Shown here: in pieces, positions 46,630 through 55,726 of the stretch | Layout of the letters: each line of letters opens with the position of its first letter | How positions within the stretch are numbered: position 1 is the stretch's first letter | NCBI GenBank assembly: GCA_038244815.1 | Contig: JBBRTB010000001.1 | Coordinates: forward strand, 40,099 to 104,098 | Length of the DNA: 64,000 nucleotides | Direction of reading: 5' to 3' | DNA from: Thermoanaerobaculia bacterium | GTDB lineage: Bacteria > Acidobacteriota > Thermoanaerobaculia > Gp7-AA8 | Notes under the pieces: model-generated | Databases searched by the model: none | Told to the model about the DNA's origin: nothing | Seen by the model: the letters and a program-made list of their open reading frames with translations, nothing else | Made by a program: the position numbers and the translations under genes

Positions 46630-46850
46630 AAAAAAACTCGGAGATCCCCGCCTGAGCCGTGTGGAGATTCTCACTCGAACCTGTAAAAGAACAGGTGGGC
46701 GCCCTACTGGGACCGTTTTGGCTACCTTCTATACCCGGTGAAGGGCGAAGGCGTGCTCGCGATCCGCAGACCCGGACACCCGAAGCAAGAATTACGGTTC
46801 AAGCGTTAGATCGTTCATCACGCACTCTGCAGGGATTCTCCGAAAATTCT
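46630..46850 (-). ncRNA. ssrS: candidate 6S RNA (SsrS), co-transcribed downstream of zapA
   Basis: ~220-nt non-coding gap between zapA and rny; 5' CGGAGAAUCCC pairs with 3' GGGGAUCUCCG to close the molecule; ends in U7 run; zapA-ssrS synteny is widespread. Confidence 0.35.
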
Positions 46851-46865
46851 TTTACGTCTGATGAC

Positions 46866-47156
46866 TCAACTGATTACCTTGTTGAGCCGCTCCGATATTT
46901 CCTCCGTTTTCTCGATCCATATTCCCCTGGCGCCTTGGCGCTGGTTCCGGAACCGGGAAAACTCATCAGCGATATTGAGAGCTGCCAGGATCGCGATTTT
47001 CATCGGATCGACCGTCGCGACTTCCGCGGCCACCTCTCGCATCCTGGCATCGACAAACCGCGCAAGCTCCATTAAATAATTCGGGTCCCCTTCCCCGCGA
47101 ACGTGGTACGCCTGACCAAAGATCTCTACCTCGGTCGAATCGTGTTTTCCGGTCAT
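46866..47156 (-). CDS. zapA: cell division protein ZapA
   Basis: 96 aa; ZapA family N-terminal beta region and C-terminal coiled coil. Confidence 0.85.
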   Translation of the reverse strand: MTGKHDSTEVEIFGQAYHVRGEGDPNYLMELARFVDARMREVAAEVATVDPMKIAILAALNIADEFSRFRNQRQGARGIWIEKTEEISERLNKVIS

Positions 47157-47318
47157 CGGGAAAAGTTACCGCGCGCGGATTATACGGGATTTATCTTTCG
47201 ACGTCGGGCCGGTTCTCAGCCAGCCCTGTCTGGCGAGCCCGGGTAGTGCGGCGTCATGCAGATGGAACAGGGCCCTGACGGGTGCGGGGTGCCTCAGGAG
47301 TAAAGCGCAGCTCACGCT

Positions 47319-47642
47319 TCATCGCCGGTCGGAGGACTTCGCGATTCTCGTGATGCGCAGCGGTTTCGCATCCCTCACGGTCGTCTCTCCACGCGCGAGC
47401 TCTTCAAGGCCGCGAGCCACCGACTCCAGCGCATTGCGATTGCGGAAGAGCCACACCTCGGATGTGGGGATCGTCACTTGCGGTTCGAGAATGATGTTGC
47501 CTCGACCGTCGCGATAAACATCGAACGTCGCGTCACTTAGGTCTTTCAGCGCGGCGCCTGGAGACACGCGCTGGCGATTGTCGGGTCTAACGTCGCGAGC
47601 GACGAGCTCTCGGTCGTTCTGGTGTTTCATGGTCTGACCCAT
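47319..47642 (-). CDS. hypothetical protein, possible SpoVT/AbrB-like swapped-hairpin DNA-binding domain
   Basis: Weak pattern (RVSPGAALKDL...GNIILEP); no partner gene. Confidence 0.35.
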   Translation of the reverse strand: MGQTMKHQNDRELVARDVRPDNRQRVSPGAALKDLSDATFDVYRDGRGNIILEPQVTIPTSEVWLFRNRNALESVARGLEELARGETTVRDAKPLRITRIAKSSDRR

Positions 47643-47738
47643 TCTGCCATCCTGGGGCAGGCTGGGCGGGATTTGCCACTACCCCAGCCGTTGCTTTACG
47701 CCTGATTACCGCCTATCGTATGGGCGCAGGCTCCCCAG

Positions 47739-48560
47739 ATGGCTGCACCGGCTCGACCACTCTCCTCACAGTTCCGACTTCTCGATCTCAGGCCGAGCCA
47801 GGCGAAACCTGTCCTCGTCCCGCCTCTTCAACCGGTAGAACGCGGGCAGCGCGAAGCGCTCAGAAATCTTCGGGCCTCGCTCGATCCGGCCATCGCGCGG
47901 CACCTCACGAGCGCCACCGAGCTGATTCGCGCACTCGACAAAACCCGGCGCGAAGACTTCCTCCCCACCACGGTCGACGCCATCGACACGCTCCTGGGCG
48001 GTGGGCTGCGCCGCGGGAAAGTCGTCGAGCTCGTGGCCCGCCGCGCCACGGGCCGCTTCTCGATTGTCCTCTCGGCGCTGGCCGCGGCCACCTCGATCGG
48101 TGAAGCGGCGGCGCTCATCGACGTCAGCGATCACTTCGACCCGCAGATCGCCGAAGAGGCCGGAGTCGATCTGCGCCGTCTGCTGTGGGTGCGTCCGAAG
48201 ACGATGAAGGACGCGGTGCTGGCGGCGGAGCTGATCACGGCCACCGGCTTCCAGCTCGTGGTCATCGATGCGGGGCTCCATCCCGTACGTGGACGGCGCG
48301 TTCCCGACGCCACCTGGGTCCGTCTCGCTCGCGCGGCCGAATCGCACGGCGCGGCCATGCTCATCTCGGCACCGTACCCGTTCACGGGAACCGCATCCGA
48401 AGCGCTCATCCGCGGTGAGAGAACGCGCGTGCAATGGCTGGGCAGCGGAAAGTCGCCGCGGCTCCTCGGCGCCATCACCACCGATTTCCGGCTGGAGAAA
48501 CATCGTCATCGAAAACCGGGCGCGCCGGCGACCTGCGACCTGAGGCCGGTGACGCCATGA
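47739..48560 (+). CDS. imuA: ImuA (RecA/SulA-like inactive ATPase) of the ImuA-ImuB-DnaE2 mutasome
   Basis: RecA-fold remnant (LDTLLGGGLRRGKVVELV), position directly upstream of imuB with start/stop overlap. Confidence 0.65.
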   Translation: MAAPARPLSSQFRLLDLRPSQAKPVLVPPLQPVERGQREALRNLRASLDPAIARHLTSATELIRALDKTRREDFLPTTVDAIDTLLGGGLRRGKVVELVARRATGRFSIVLSALAAATSIGEAAALIDVSDHFDPQIAEEAGVDLRRLLWVRPKTMKDAVLAAELITATGFQLVVIDAGLHPVRGRRVPDATWVRLARAAESHGAAMLISAPYPFTGTASEALIRGERTRVQWLGSGKSPRLLGAITTDFRLEKHRHRKPGAPATCDLRPVTP

Positions 48561-50125
48561 CGCGGATCGCCTGCTTCTACGTCCCGATGTTCCCGCTGGC
48601 GGCGCGGCTGCGCAGCGAGCCGGAGCTGCTGGAAGAAGCGCTGGCCATCGTCGAGGGGAACGGCAACAACGCGCACGTGGTCGCGGCGACACGGCGCGCG
48701 CGCACGAAAGGCATTCGCCCCGGCCACTCGCTCGCCCAGGCGCGATCGATTCTGCCGAAGCTCATCGCGCGCGGCCGCGACGCCGCATGCGAGCACACCG
48801 CGCAGGAAGCGCTGCTCGAAGTCGCGGAGACGTTCTCGCCGCGCATCGAAGACGCCGGCGACGGCGTGGTGTACCTCGATGTCACAGGGATGGAGCGACA
48901 TTACCAGGCCTCGGGCCTCGGGCCGCAGGCCTCGGTCGAAATCAGGGCGGGGGAAACCGAGGCCCGAGGCCCGAGGCCCGAGGCCTCTCCCGAGCTCCTG
49001 CTCGGCCGCGAGGCCATCCGCCGCTGTGACGCCATCGGATTGCCGGCGCGCGCCGGCATTGCCGCGAGCAAGCTGGCGGCGCGTGTGGCGGCGGAGCTGC
49101 CGAAGTCGCCGCGCGTCGTCGAGCCGGGTCAGGAAGCGGAGTTTCTCGCACCGCTGCCTCTGACGCGACTGGCGCCCGAGGTGAATGCGGCGATGACGCT
49201 GGACCGGTGGGGAATCACGTCGATCGGCGACCTGGCCCGTCTTCCCGAAAGCGAAATTGCCAGCCGTCTCGGCGAGTGCGGCCGCGATCTGCACTCCGCG
49301 GCGCGCGGCATCGATCCGACACCGCTCATTCCGCGCCCCTTGCCGCCGGAGTTCCGCGAAGGGCTCGACCTGGAGTGGCCGCTCGTGGCGCTCGAGCCGT
49401 TTCTCTTCATCGCCAGCGCCGCGCTCGACCGGCTGACCAAACGGATGGAAGTGCAGGGCTTCGCCTGCACGCGGCTCGAGCTGACGATGCAGCTCGAACC
49501 GGATGGGTTTCATTCGCGCGCCATCGAGCTTCCGGCGCCGACGCGCGATGTGAAGACGATGCTGACGCTGCTGCGCCTCGACCTCGAGAAAACACCGCCC
49601 GGCGCGCCGGTCACCGGATTCGTGATCGTCGCCCATCCCGACCGCCCGCGGCGCGCGCAGTTGTCGCTGTTCGGTCCCGCCGCACTCTCGCCGGAGAAAC
49701 TGGCCACGACGATCGCCCGCCTCGTCTCACTCCTCGGCGACGGCCGCATCGGCATGGCCACGACGGTCGACGGTCATCTGCCGGAGCGTTACTCGATCGC
49801 CGACTACGCCCCTCCTGCCCCGCCCGACGCGCGGAAGAAACCGCCGCGCAGCCGGGGACTGCTGGCCGTGCGCGTGTTCCGCCCGCCCATCCCCGTCGAG
49901 GTCATCACGCGTGTCGTCGGCGGCGAAATGCAGATCGAGAGGATCGAAGGAGACGGCGACGTCTCCGGCCCCGTGCGCATCTCCTCCGGCCCCTGGCGCA
50001 TCGAAGACGGCTGGTGGAAAGACGCCCCCGCCGCGCGCGAGTACTGGGACGTGGAGGTAGGAGCGAGCGTGTATCGGGTGTTCCAGACTTCCGAGGGGTG
50101 GAGGGTGGATGCGAGGTACGACTGA
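48558..50125 (+). CDS. imuB: ImuB (Y-family DNA polymerase-like, catalytically inactive) with in-frame repeat insertion
   Basis: UmuC/DinB-like palm (ACFYVPMFPLAA...YLDVTG) lacking acidic triad; C-terminal ImuB-specific region. Confidence 0.85.
48906..48987. repeat. palindromic heptamer-repeat element inside imuB: (GGCCTCG)n left arm plus GAAACC(GAGGCCC)3GAGGCCT right arm
   Basis: Read directly; encodes in-frame ...GLGPQASVEIRAGETEARGPRPEA... Confidence 0.55.
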
Positions 50126-50130
50126 GGAGA

Positions 50131-50575
50131 AATACAAAATGCAAAATGCAGAATTTAAAATTAAACAACCGCCTCGCATTCAGGATCGCGCGTTCGATTT
50201 TGCATGTCGGATCGTTCAGCTTCATCGCACGTTACTTCGGACAGGACCCACGGCACGGCGGCTTGCAAATCAACTCCTCGATGCCGGTACGTCAGTCGGT
50301 GCCAATCTCGAAGAAGCTGAAGCCGGCCAGAGTAAACCCGACTTCATTTCAAAGTGCCGCATTGCGCTCAAAGAAGCGCGTGAAAGCCTTTACTGGCTTC
50401 GCTTATTCGCAGGCACAGAAATCGTCAAGCCGGATCAACTCGCACCGATCATTCAGGAGGCACGCGAGATCGTCGCGATTCTGACGACGATCGTTCGAAA
50501 CGCGACAAAGTCGCGTTAACGATTTTTACTTTCAACATTCTGCATTTTGCATTTTGCATTTTGCATTTTGCATCT
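50131..50575. mobile_element. low-GC insertion carrying a four-helix-bundle (23S rRNA IVS-type) gene, bounded by inverted (TGCAAAA)n heptamer repeats
   Basis: Left AATACAAAATGCAAAATGCAGAAT, right ATTCTGCA(TTTTGCA)4TCT (inverted); local GC far below flanks; sits between imuB stop and dnaE2 start. Confidence 0.55.
50139..50519 (+). CDS. four-helix-bundle protein (TIGR02436 / 23S rRNA-intervening-sequence protein family)
   Basis: Family hallmark ...FISKCRIALKEARESLYWLRLF...; ATG lies inside the left inverted repeat. Confidence 0.8.
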   Translation: MQNAEFKIKQPPRIQDRAFDFACRIVQLHRTLLRTGPTARRLANQLLDAGTSVGANLEEAEAGQSKPDFISKCRIALKEARESLYWLRLFAGTEIVKPDQLAPIIQEAREIVAILTTIVRNATKSR

Positions 50576-50600
50576 ATTCCACAGCTCGCTCACGCTCGCC

Positions 50601-53600
50601 ATGTCCCACGGACGAAAACCAACCAGAAACCTCGACGCGTTAAACATCACGTACTCGCCTCCCGGCGAGACGAAGGAGAAGGTCAAAGCCCGCGCCACGA
50701 GCGTGCCGCTCTCCTCCCAGTACGACCACATCCCGTTCGTCCACGAGAAATTCGGCGGGACGAAGCCGGATGAAGCGCCGCCGGAGCCGGCGCCGCCGAA
50801 ACGGAGCACGACGAGAACGAAAACGCGTCCGTACGCGGAGCTGCATGCCGCCAGCGCGTTCTCGTTTCTCGATGGCGCGTCGCTGCCTGAAGATCTCATG
50901 TACCAGGCAGCGGAACACGACCTGCCGGCCATGGCGCTCGTCGACACGAACGGCGTCTACGGCGCACCGCGCTTCTACGGCGCGGCGAAGAAGACCGGAG
51001 TCCGAGCCCTCGTCGGCAGTGAGCTCGTCCTCGAAACCGAGGCCCGAGGCCCGAGGCCCGAGGCCTGCCTCACCCTCCTCGTCGAGAACCGCACCGGCTA
51101 CAGGAACCTCTGCAAGCTCGTGACGGCGGGGGCCGCCGGACGAGAGAAGGGCAAAGCGCGATTCACCTGGGATCTCGTCGAACAGTACGCGGAAGGGCTG
51201 CACTGCCTCACGCGCGCGGACGATGAAACCGCCGGCCGGATCGCCGGTATCTTTCCGAACCGGACGCACGTCGAGCTGCAGCGTCACTTCCGCCGCGACG
51301 AAGAGCGCCACAACATCCGCCTCATCGATCTGGCGCGCCGCCTGAGACTCCCGCTCGTGGCCACCAACGGCGTGCGTTACGCACGGCCGCAGGACAAGGA
51401 GCTGCACGACGTCCTCACCTGCATCCGCGAGAAGACTCACGTCGACAAGGCCGGGCGTCTGCTCGGCGTCAACCGCGAGCGTTCCATCAAGTCAGCGGCG
51501 GAGATGAGCCGTCTCTTCGCCGATCTGCCCGAAGCGCTCGACGGCGCCTGGTCGCTCGCGAACACGCTCGACTTCACGCTCGCCGACCTCGGCTACCAGT
51601 TTCCCGACTACCCGCTTCCCGCCGGCGAGACGAACAACTCCTTCCTGCGCAAGATCGCCTGGAACTCGGCCAAAGCGCGCTTCCGGCCGCTGACCGCCAA
51701 AGCGCAGATGCAGGTCGAGAAAGAGCTGAACATGATCGAGAAGCTCGATCTGGCCGGCTACTTCCTCATCGTCTGGGACATCGTGCAGTTCTGCGGCCGC
51801 GAGAAAATCCTCGTGCAGGGCCGCGGATCCGCCGCGAACAGCGCCGTCTGTTACGCGCTCGGCATCACCGCGGTCGATCCGGTGAAGATGGAGCTGCTGT
51901 TCGAGCGTTTCCTCTCCGAGGAGCGCGGCGAATGGCCGGACATCGATCTCGATCTGCCTTCGGGCGATCAGCGCGAGAGAGTCATCCAGCACGTCTACCA
52001 GACCTACGGCGTGCACGGTGCGGCCATGACCGCGAACGTGATCACGTACCGCGACCGCTCCGCCGCGCGCGAAGTCGGCAAAGCGCTCGGCTACTCGCTC
52101 GAGCAGGCCGACAAGCTCTCGAAATGCGTCTCCACCTGGAACTTCGGCGAGATCAGGGAGGCCATCGAGAATCTCGCCGGCGAGCTGGAGAAAACGGGAT
52201 TCGATCCCGCCGACCTGCGCGTGCAGCACTTCATGCGCCTCTACCTGCAGATCCAGAATCTGCCGCGCCACCTCGGCCAGCATTCGGGCGGGATGGTGAT
52301 GGCCAAAGGACGCCTCGACGAAGTCGTGCCACTCGAGCCGGCCTCGATGCCCGGCCGCGTGGTCATCCAATGGGATAAGGAGGACTGCGCCGATCTCGGC
52401 CTCATCAAAGTGGATCTCCTGGGACTGGGGATGCTGGCGGCGATCGAAGAAGCGCTGCCGACGATCCGCACCAACGAAGGCATCGATGTCGACCTCGCTC
52501 ACCTGCCGGAAAACGATCCCGCCGTCTACAAGATGCTCAACGAGGCCGACACCGTCGGCATGTTCCAGGTCGAGAGCCGCGCGCAGATGGCGTCGCTGCC
52601 GCGCAACGCGCCGAAGAAGTTCTACGACATCGTGGTGCAGGTCGCCATCATCCGTCCCGGACCGATCGTCGGCGGCATGATCCGGCCGTTCTTCGATCGC
52701 CGCCAGGGCAAGGCGCCGGTCGAATATCCGCATCCCTGCCTCGAGCCGATCCTCAAGCGCACGCTCGGTGTGCCGCTCTTTCAGGAGCAACTGCTGCGCA
52801 TGGCTATGGTGGCGGCGAACTTCACCGGCGGCGAGGCCGAGGAACTGCGCCGGGCCATGGGGTTCAAGCGTTCGATGGAGCGCATGCACGACATCGAGAA
52901 GCGGCTGCGCGAAGGCATGACCAGCAACGGCATCGATCTTCCCGCCCAGGAGCAGATCGTGAAGTCGATCACCGCGTTCGCGCTCTACGGCTTCCCGGAA
53001 TCGCACGCGGCGAGCTTCGCGCTCATCGCCTACGCCAGCGCGTATCTGAAAGCGCACCACTCCGCGGCGTTCTACGTCTCGCTGCTGAACGCGTGGCCGA
53101 TGGGTTTCTACCATCCGGCCACGCTCGTCAAGGACGCGCAGCGGCACAAGACCGGCGTGCTGCCGATCGACGTGAATCACTCCGGCTGGATGTGCCGCTG
53201 GGAAAACAACGGCGTGCGCATGGGGATGCGGTTCATCAAGGGACTGCGCGAAGCGACCGCGAAGAAGATCGAGGCCAATCAGCCGTTCACGTCGACGGAG
53301 GATCTCGCCTGGCGCTGCCGGCTGCGTGACGACCAGCTCACCAAGCTCGCCCACGCCGGCGCGCTCGGCTCACTCGGATTGACGAGACGCAACGCGCTCT
53401 GGCAGGCCGCCAAAGCGGCGAAACCGGCCGGAGAGCTGTTCGAAGGAAACCGAGGCCCCAGGCCCGAGGCCCGAGGCCTGCTTCCGGAGATGTCCGCGAT
53501 CGAGAACACGATGGCCGACTACCACACCATGGAGCTGACGACCGGTCCGCATCTCATCGAGCATTTCCGTTCGCAGCTCGAGAGAGACAACATCCTGTCG

Positions 53601-53903
53601 GCCGCGGATCTGACGCGCATCCCCAGCGGCCGGCGTGTCACGACCGCCGGCGCGGTCATCGTGCGCCAGCGTCCCGGGACGGCGAGGGGATTCGTGTTCC
53701 TCACGCTCGAAGACGAGACCGGTCTCTCGCAGGCCATCGTCAGCCCGGCGCTGTTCAGCGATCAGCGCTCGACGATCCTCGGACACTCCGGCCTGATCGT
53801 CGAAGGCATTCTCCAGAACACGGATGGGCAGTGCTCGGTGAAGGCGGAGAAGTTCTGGCCGCTGCCGGGCGTCGACGAGATCCAGAGTCACGACTTTCAT
53901 TGA
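50601..53903 (+). CDS. dnaE2: error-prone DNA polymerase DnaE2 (Pol III alpha family), two in-frame repeat insertions
   Basis: PHP domain, Pol III alpha catalytic region (GRGSAANSAVCYALGIT), no tau/beta-binding tail; follows imuA-imuB; ATG 50601 (upstream 54 nt are repeat sequence). Confidence 0.9.
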   Translation: MSHGRKPTRNLDALNITYSPPGETKEKVKARATSVPLSSQYDHIPFVHEKFGGTKPDEAPPEPAPPKRSTTRTKTRPYAELHAASAFSFLDGASLPEDLMYQAAEHDLPAMALVDTNGVYGAPRFYGAAKKTGVRALVGSELVLETEARGPRPEACLTLLVENRTGYRNLCKLVTAGAAGREKGKARFTWDLVEQYAEGLHCLTRADDETAGRIAGIFPNRTHVELQRHFRRDEERHNIRLIDLARRLRLPLVATNGVRYARPQDKELHDVLTCIREKTHVDKAGRLLGVNRERSIKSAAEMSRLFADLPEALDGAWSLANTLDFTLADLGYQFPDYPLPAGETNNSFLRKIAWNSAKARFRPLTAKAQMQVEKELNMIEKLDLAGYFLIVWDIVQFCGREKILVQGRGSAANSAVCYALGITAVDPVKMELLFERFLSEERGEWPDIDLDLPSGDQRERVIQHVYQTYGVHGAAMTANVITYRDRSAAREVGKALGYSLEQADKLSKCVSTWNFGEIREAIENLAGELEKTGFDPADLRVQHFMRLYLQIQNLPRHLGQHSGGMVMAKGRLDEVVPLEPASMPGRVVIQWDKEDCADLGLIKVDLLGLGMLAAIEEALPTIRTNEGIDVDLAHLPENDPAVYKMLNEADTVGMFQVESRAQMASLPRNAPKKFYDIVVQVAIIRPGPIVGGMIRPFFDRRQGKAPVEYPHPCLEPILKRTLGVPLFQEQLLRMAMVAANFTGGEAEELRRAMGFKRSMERMHDIEKRLREGMTSNGIDLPAQEQIVKSITAFALYGFPESHAASFALIAYASAYLKAHHSAAFYVSLLNAWPMGFYHPATLVKDAQRHKTGVLPIDVNHSGWMCRWENNGVRMGMRFIKGLREATAKKIEANQPFTSTEDLAWRCRLRDDQLTKLAHAGALGSLGLTRRNALWQAAKAAKPAGELFEGNRGPRPEARGLLPEMSAIENTMADYHTMELTTGPHLIEHFRSQLERDNILSAADLTRIPSGRRVTTAGAVIVRQRPGTARGFVFLTLEDETGLSQAIVSPALFSDQRSTILGHSGLIVEGILQNTDGQCSVKAEKFWPLPGVDEIQSHDFH
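51033..51068. repeat. GAAACC(GAGGCCC)3GAGGCCT element inside dnaE2 (copy 2)
   Basis: 34/34 nt identical to imuB copy; encodes ETEARGPRPEA. Confidence 0.55.
53445..53481. repeat. GAAACCGAGGCCCCAGGCCCGAGGCCCGAGGCCT element inside dnaE2 (copy 3, 1 substitution)
   Basis: Encodes NRGPRPEARG in frame. Confidence 0.55.
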
Positions 53904-53980
53904 CCTACCAGAATCAGACCCACCGGCCTCGATCGATCCGCGATACCATGCCCGCTTCCCGGACAAATTGAAGGAGTGGA

Positions 53981-54832
53981 ATGATGGTCTCTCGACGGAT
54001 GGCTCCCGCCCTCGGTGCTCTGGCACTGCTCGTGACCGCGGCTGCATATGCAGGCCCGGCCAAAGGCACGTTCACCGTGAACGGCAAGACGATGAACCTG
54101 AAGTACGCGTACGCGACGACGAAGGCAAACCCGTTCGACAAGAAGAAGACGGACGTCTTCGTCATCGTCACGGACAAGGATCTCCCCGAGGGTGCGTTGT
54201 TCGATGAATTCGCGCAGATGGACCTGAGCGACAAGGGCATTTCCGGATTCACCGTCGAGATCGACGCGGACAAGTCGGTGAACAGCGGAACGCTCTTCAG
54301 CCCGGCGTTCAAGAAGATGCATCAGTTCTCATCGGTCGGAAAGCAGAAGGTCGACCTCAAGACCATGACGAAAAGCAGCGTCGCCGGAACGATCTCTATG
54401 CCGGCCGACGATTTCTTCGACGAGAAATATCAGTTCACGGCCACATTCGACGTGCCGGTACAGACGAAGCCGGCCGAGAAGCCGGTCGTACTCAAGGGCA
54501 CACCGCTGCCTGCTGATGGCGGCGAGCCGGCGAAAGCATGGGAGTCGTACCGGAAGGCCATGCGTTCCGGCGACCTCGCCGCGATCCGCAAGACCGTTGC
54601 GAAAGAACTGGTCAAGAGCACCGAAGATCCCGATTTCAAGAAGATGCTGCCGCTCATCCAGTCGATGCAGCCGAAAAAGGTGAAAGTGAACGGCGGCAGC
54701 GTGGACGGAGACAACGCCACGCTTCTGGTCGACTCACTCGACGAGAAGGACACGAAGGGAACCGTCACCATGCACCGTGAAGGTGGTCAGTGGAAGCTGG
54801 TCAAAGAGTCGTGGAAGACCAGCGCGGATTGA
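53981..54832 (+). CDS. secreted Lys-rich hypothetical protein (lower-GC gene)
   Basis: Signal peptide; 11% Lys, atypical composition versus neighbours. Confidence 0.55.
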   Translation: MMVSRRMAPALGALALLVTAAAYAGPAKGTFTVNGKTMNLKYAYATTKANPFDKKKTDVFVIVTDKDLPEGALFDEFAQMDLSDKGISGFTVEIDADKSVNSGTLFSPAFKKMHQFSSVGKQKVDLKTMTKSSVAGTISMPADDFFDEKYQFTATFDVPVQTKPAEKPVVLKGTPLPADGGEPAKAWESYRKAMRSGDLAAIRKTVAKELVKSTEDPDFKKMLPLIQSMQPKKVKVNGGSVDGDNATLLVDSLDEKDTKGTVTMHREGGQWKLVKESWKTSAD

Positions 54833-54842
54833 ACCGCTACGC

Positions 54843-55535
54843 TCACTGATCGGTGCACTGATAGACGCCTCGTTTCTGTTCGTCCGAATCGTAATAAGGG
54901 CTGATCGGCTCGGCGATCAGCCCTCTCTTGTACCGCTCCGCGTCCCTGACGACGATGCCTCTCACCTCGTCGGGATCAAAGACAATGGAGACGTTGTAGA
55001 CGCGTAGCTGCCACTGACCCGTCGGACTGACGTTGTTTCCTTTGTAGCGGATGGTCCCGCGATATCGCCTAGCCGTGAAAGGGTCGAGAACAACGTGGAT
55101 CGGCGTCTCGATGGCTACTGTCTCGCCAGAACGATCGATCAGCCGGACATAGGCGCAGGCATCCAGCGGCTTGCTCCCGTCATTCGAGATGATGGCTTTC
55201 CAGCCGTACGTTCCCTGCGGCATCGGATAGTGCCCGTCGTCGAAGAGAAACCGCGTCTGCGGCGAGCGGATCGTCACGTCCATCCATGCCGGCCTCAGGT
55301 CGGTAATGGGCGCGTTGAGAACGCCGGGCGCCAGATCGACGATCTGGGGATGACGAATCCGATCGGACAGCTCCACCATCGTCTGGTACGTGGCCGCGGA
55401 GTCGCTTTCCACACGCCCCACGCGCACAGCCGCGTCGCGCAGGAGCAGATCCGACGGGTCGATGACGAAGTAGGCCAGCGCGAATCCGAGCAGTCCCGCG
55501 CAGAATGCCATGACGCCCGCGGCGCGGCTCGTCAT
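54843..55535 (-). CDS. membrane-anchored hypothetical protein
   Basis: N-terminal TM (MAFCAGLLGFALAYFVI); ATGA-coupled to upstream small ORF; long N-terminal ORF extension is artefact. Confidence 0.45.
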   Translation of the reverse strand: MTSRAAGVMAFCAGLLGFALAYFVIDPSDLLLRDAAVRVGRVESDSAATYQTMVELSDRIRHPQIVDLAPGVLNAPITDLRPAWMDVTIRSPQTRFLFDDGHYPMPQGTYGWKAIISNDGSKPLDACAYVRLIDRSGETVAIETPIHVVLDPFTARRYRGTIRYKGNNVSPTGQWQLRVYNVSIVFDPDEVRGIVVRDAERYKRGLIAEPISPYYDSDEQKRGVYQCTDQ

Positions 55536-55726
55536 CGCTGTGGCTCCGCCATCATTTCGTGGACGCTGTGCAGCCGTTCTTCCAGACGCTGCAGGCGTTT
55601 GATCAGCAGCCGGTCGGCAAACGAAGGCTGCCGCGACCAATGCCCGAGGGCCGCACCGAAAAGAAGGAACACCAGCGCGATGAGAAACGTGGCGACGGGA
55701 GAGACGCGATCGCGCCACACCCTCAC
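55532..55726 (-). CDS. small single-TM protein (64 aa)
   Basis: TM helix plus charged coiled tail; overlaps both neighbours by 4 nt. Confidence 0.35.
   Translation of the reverse strand: MRVWRDRVSPVATFLIALVFLLFGAALGHWSRQPSFADRLLIKRLQRLEERLHSVHEMMAEPQR

Noticed and set aside
47640-47740. LexA/SOS box upstream of imuA
   Set aside because: I looked for GTTC-N7-GTTC, CGAACRNRYGTTYC and CTGT-N8-ACAG dyads and found no convincing match by eye. A lineage-specific box may exist but cannot be supported from the sequence alone.
51492-53354. 620-aa ORF on - strand
   Set aside because: It is antisense to dnaE2, a high-GC open-frame artefact.
48906-53481. Heptamer repeat blocks as a possible CRISPR array
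   Set aside because: The units are 7 bp, contiguous, without spacers. They sit inside intact coding frames and no cas genes are present.
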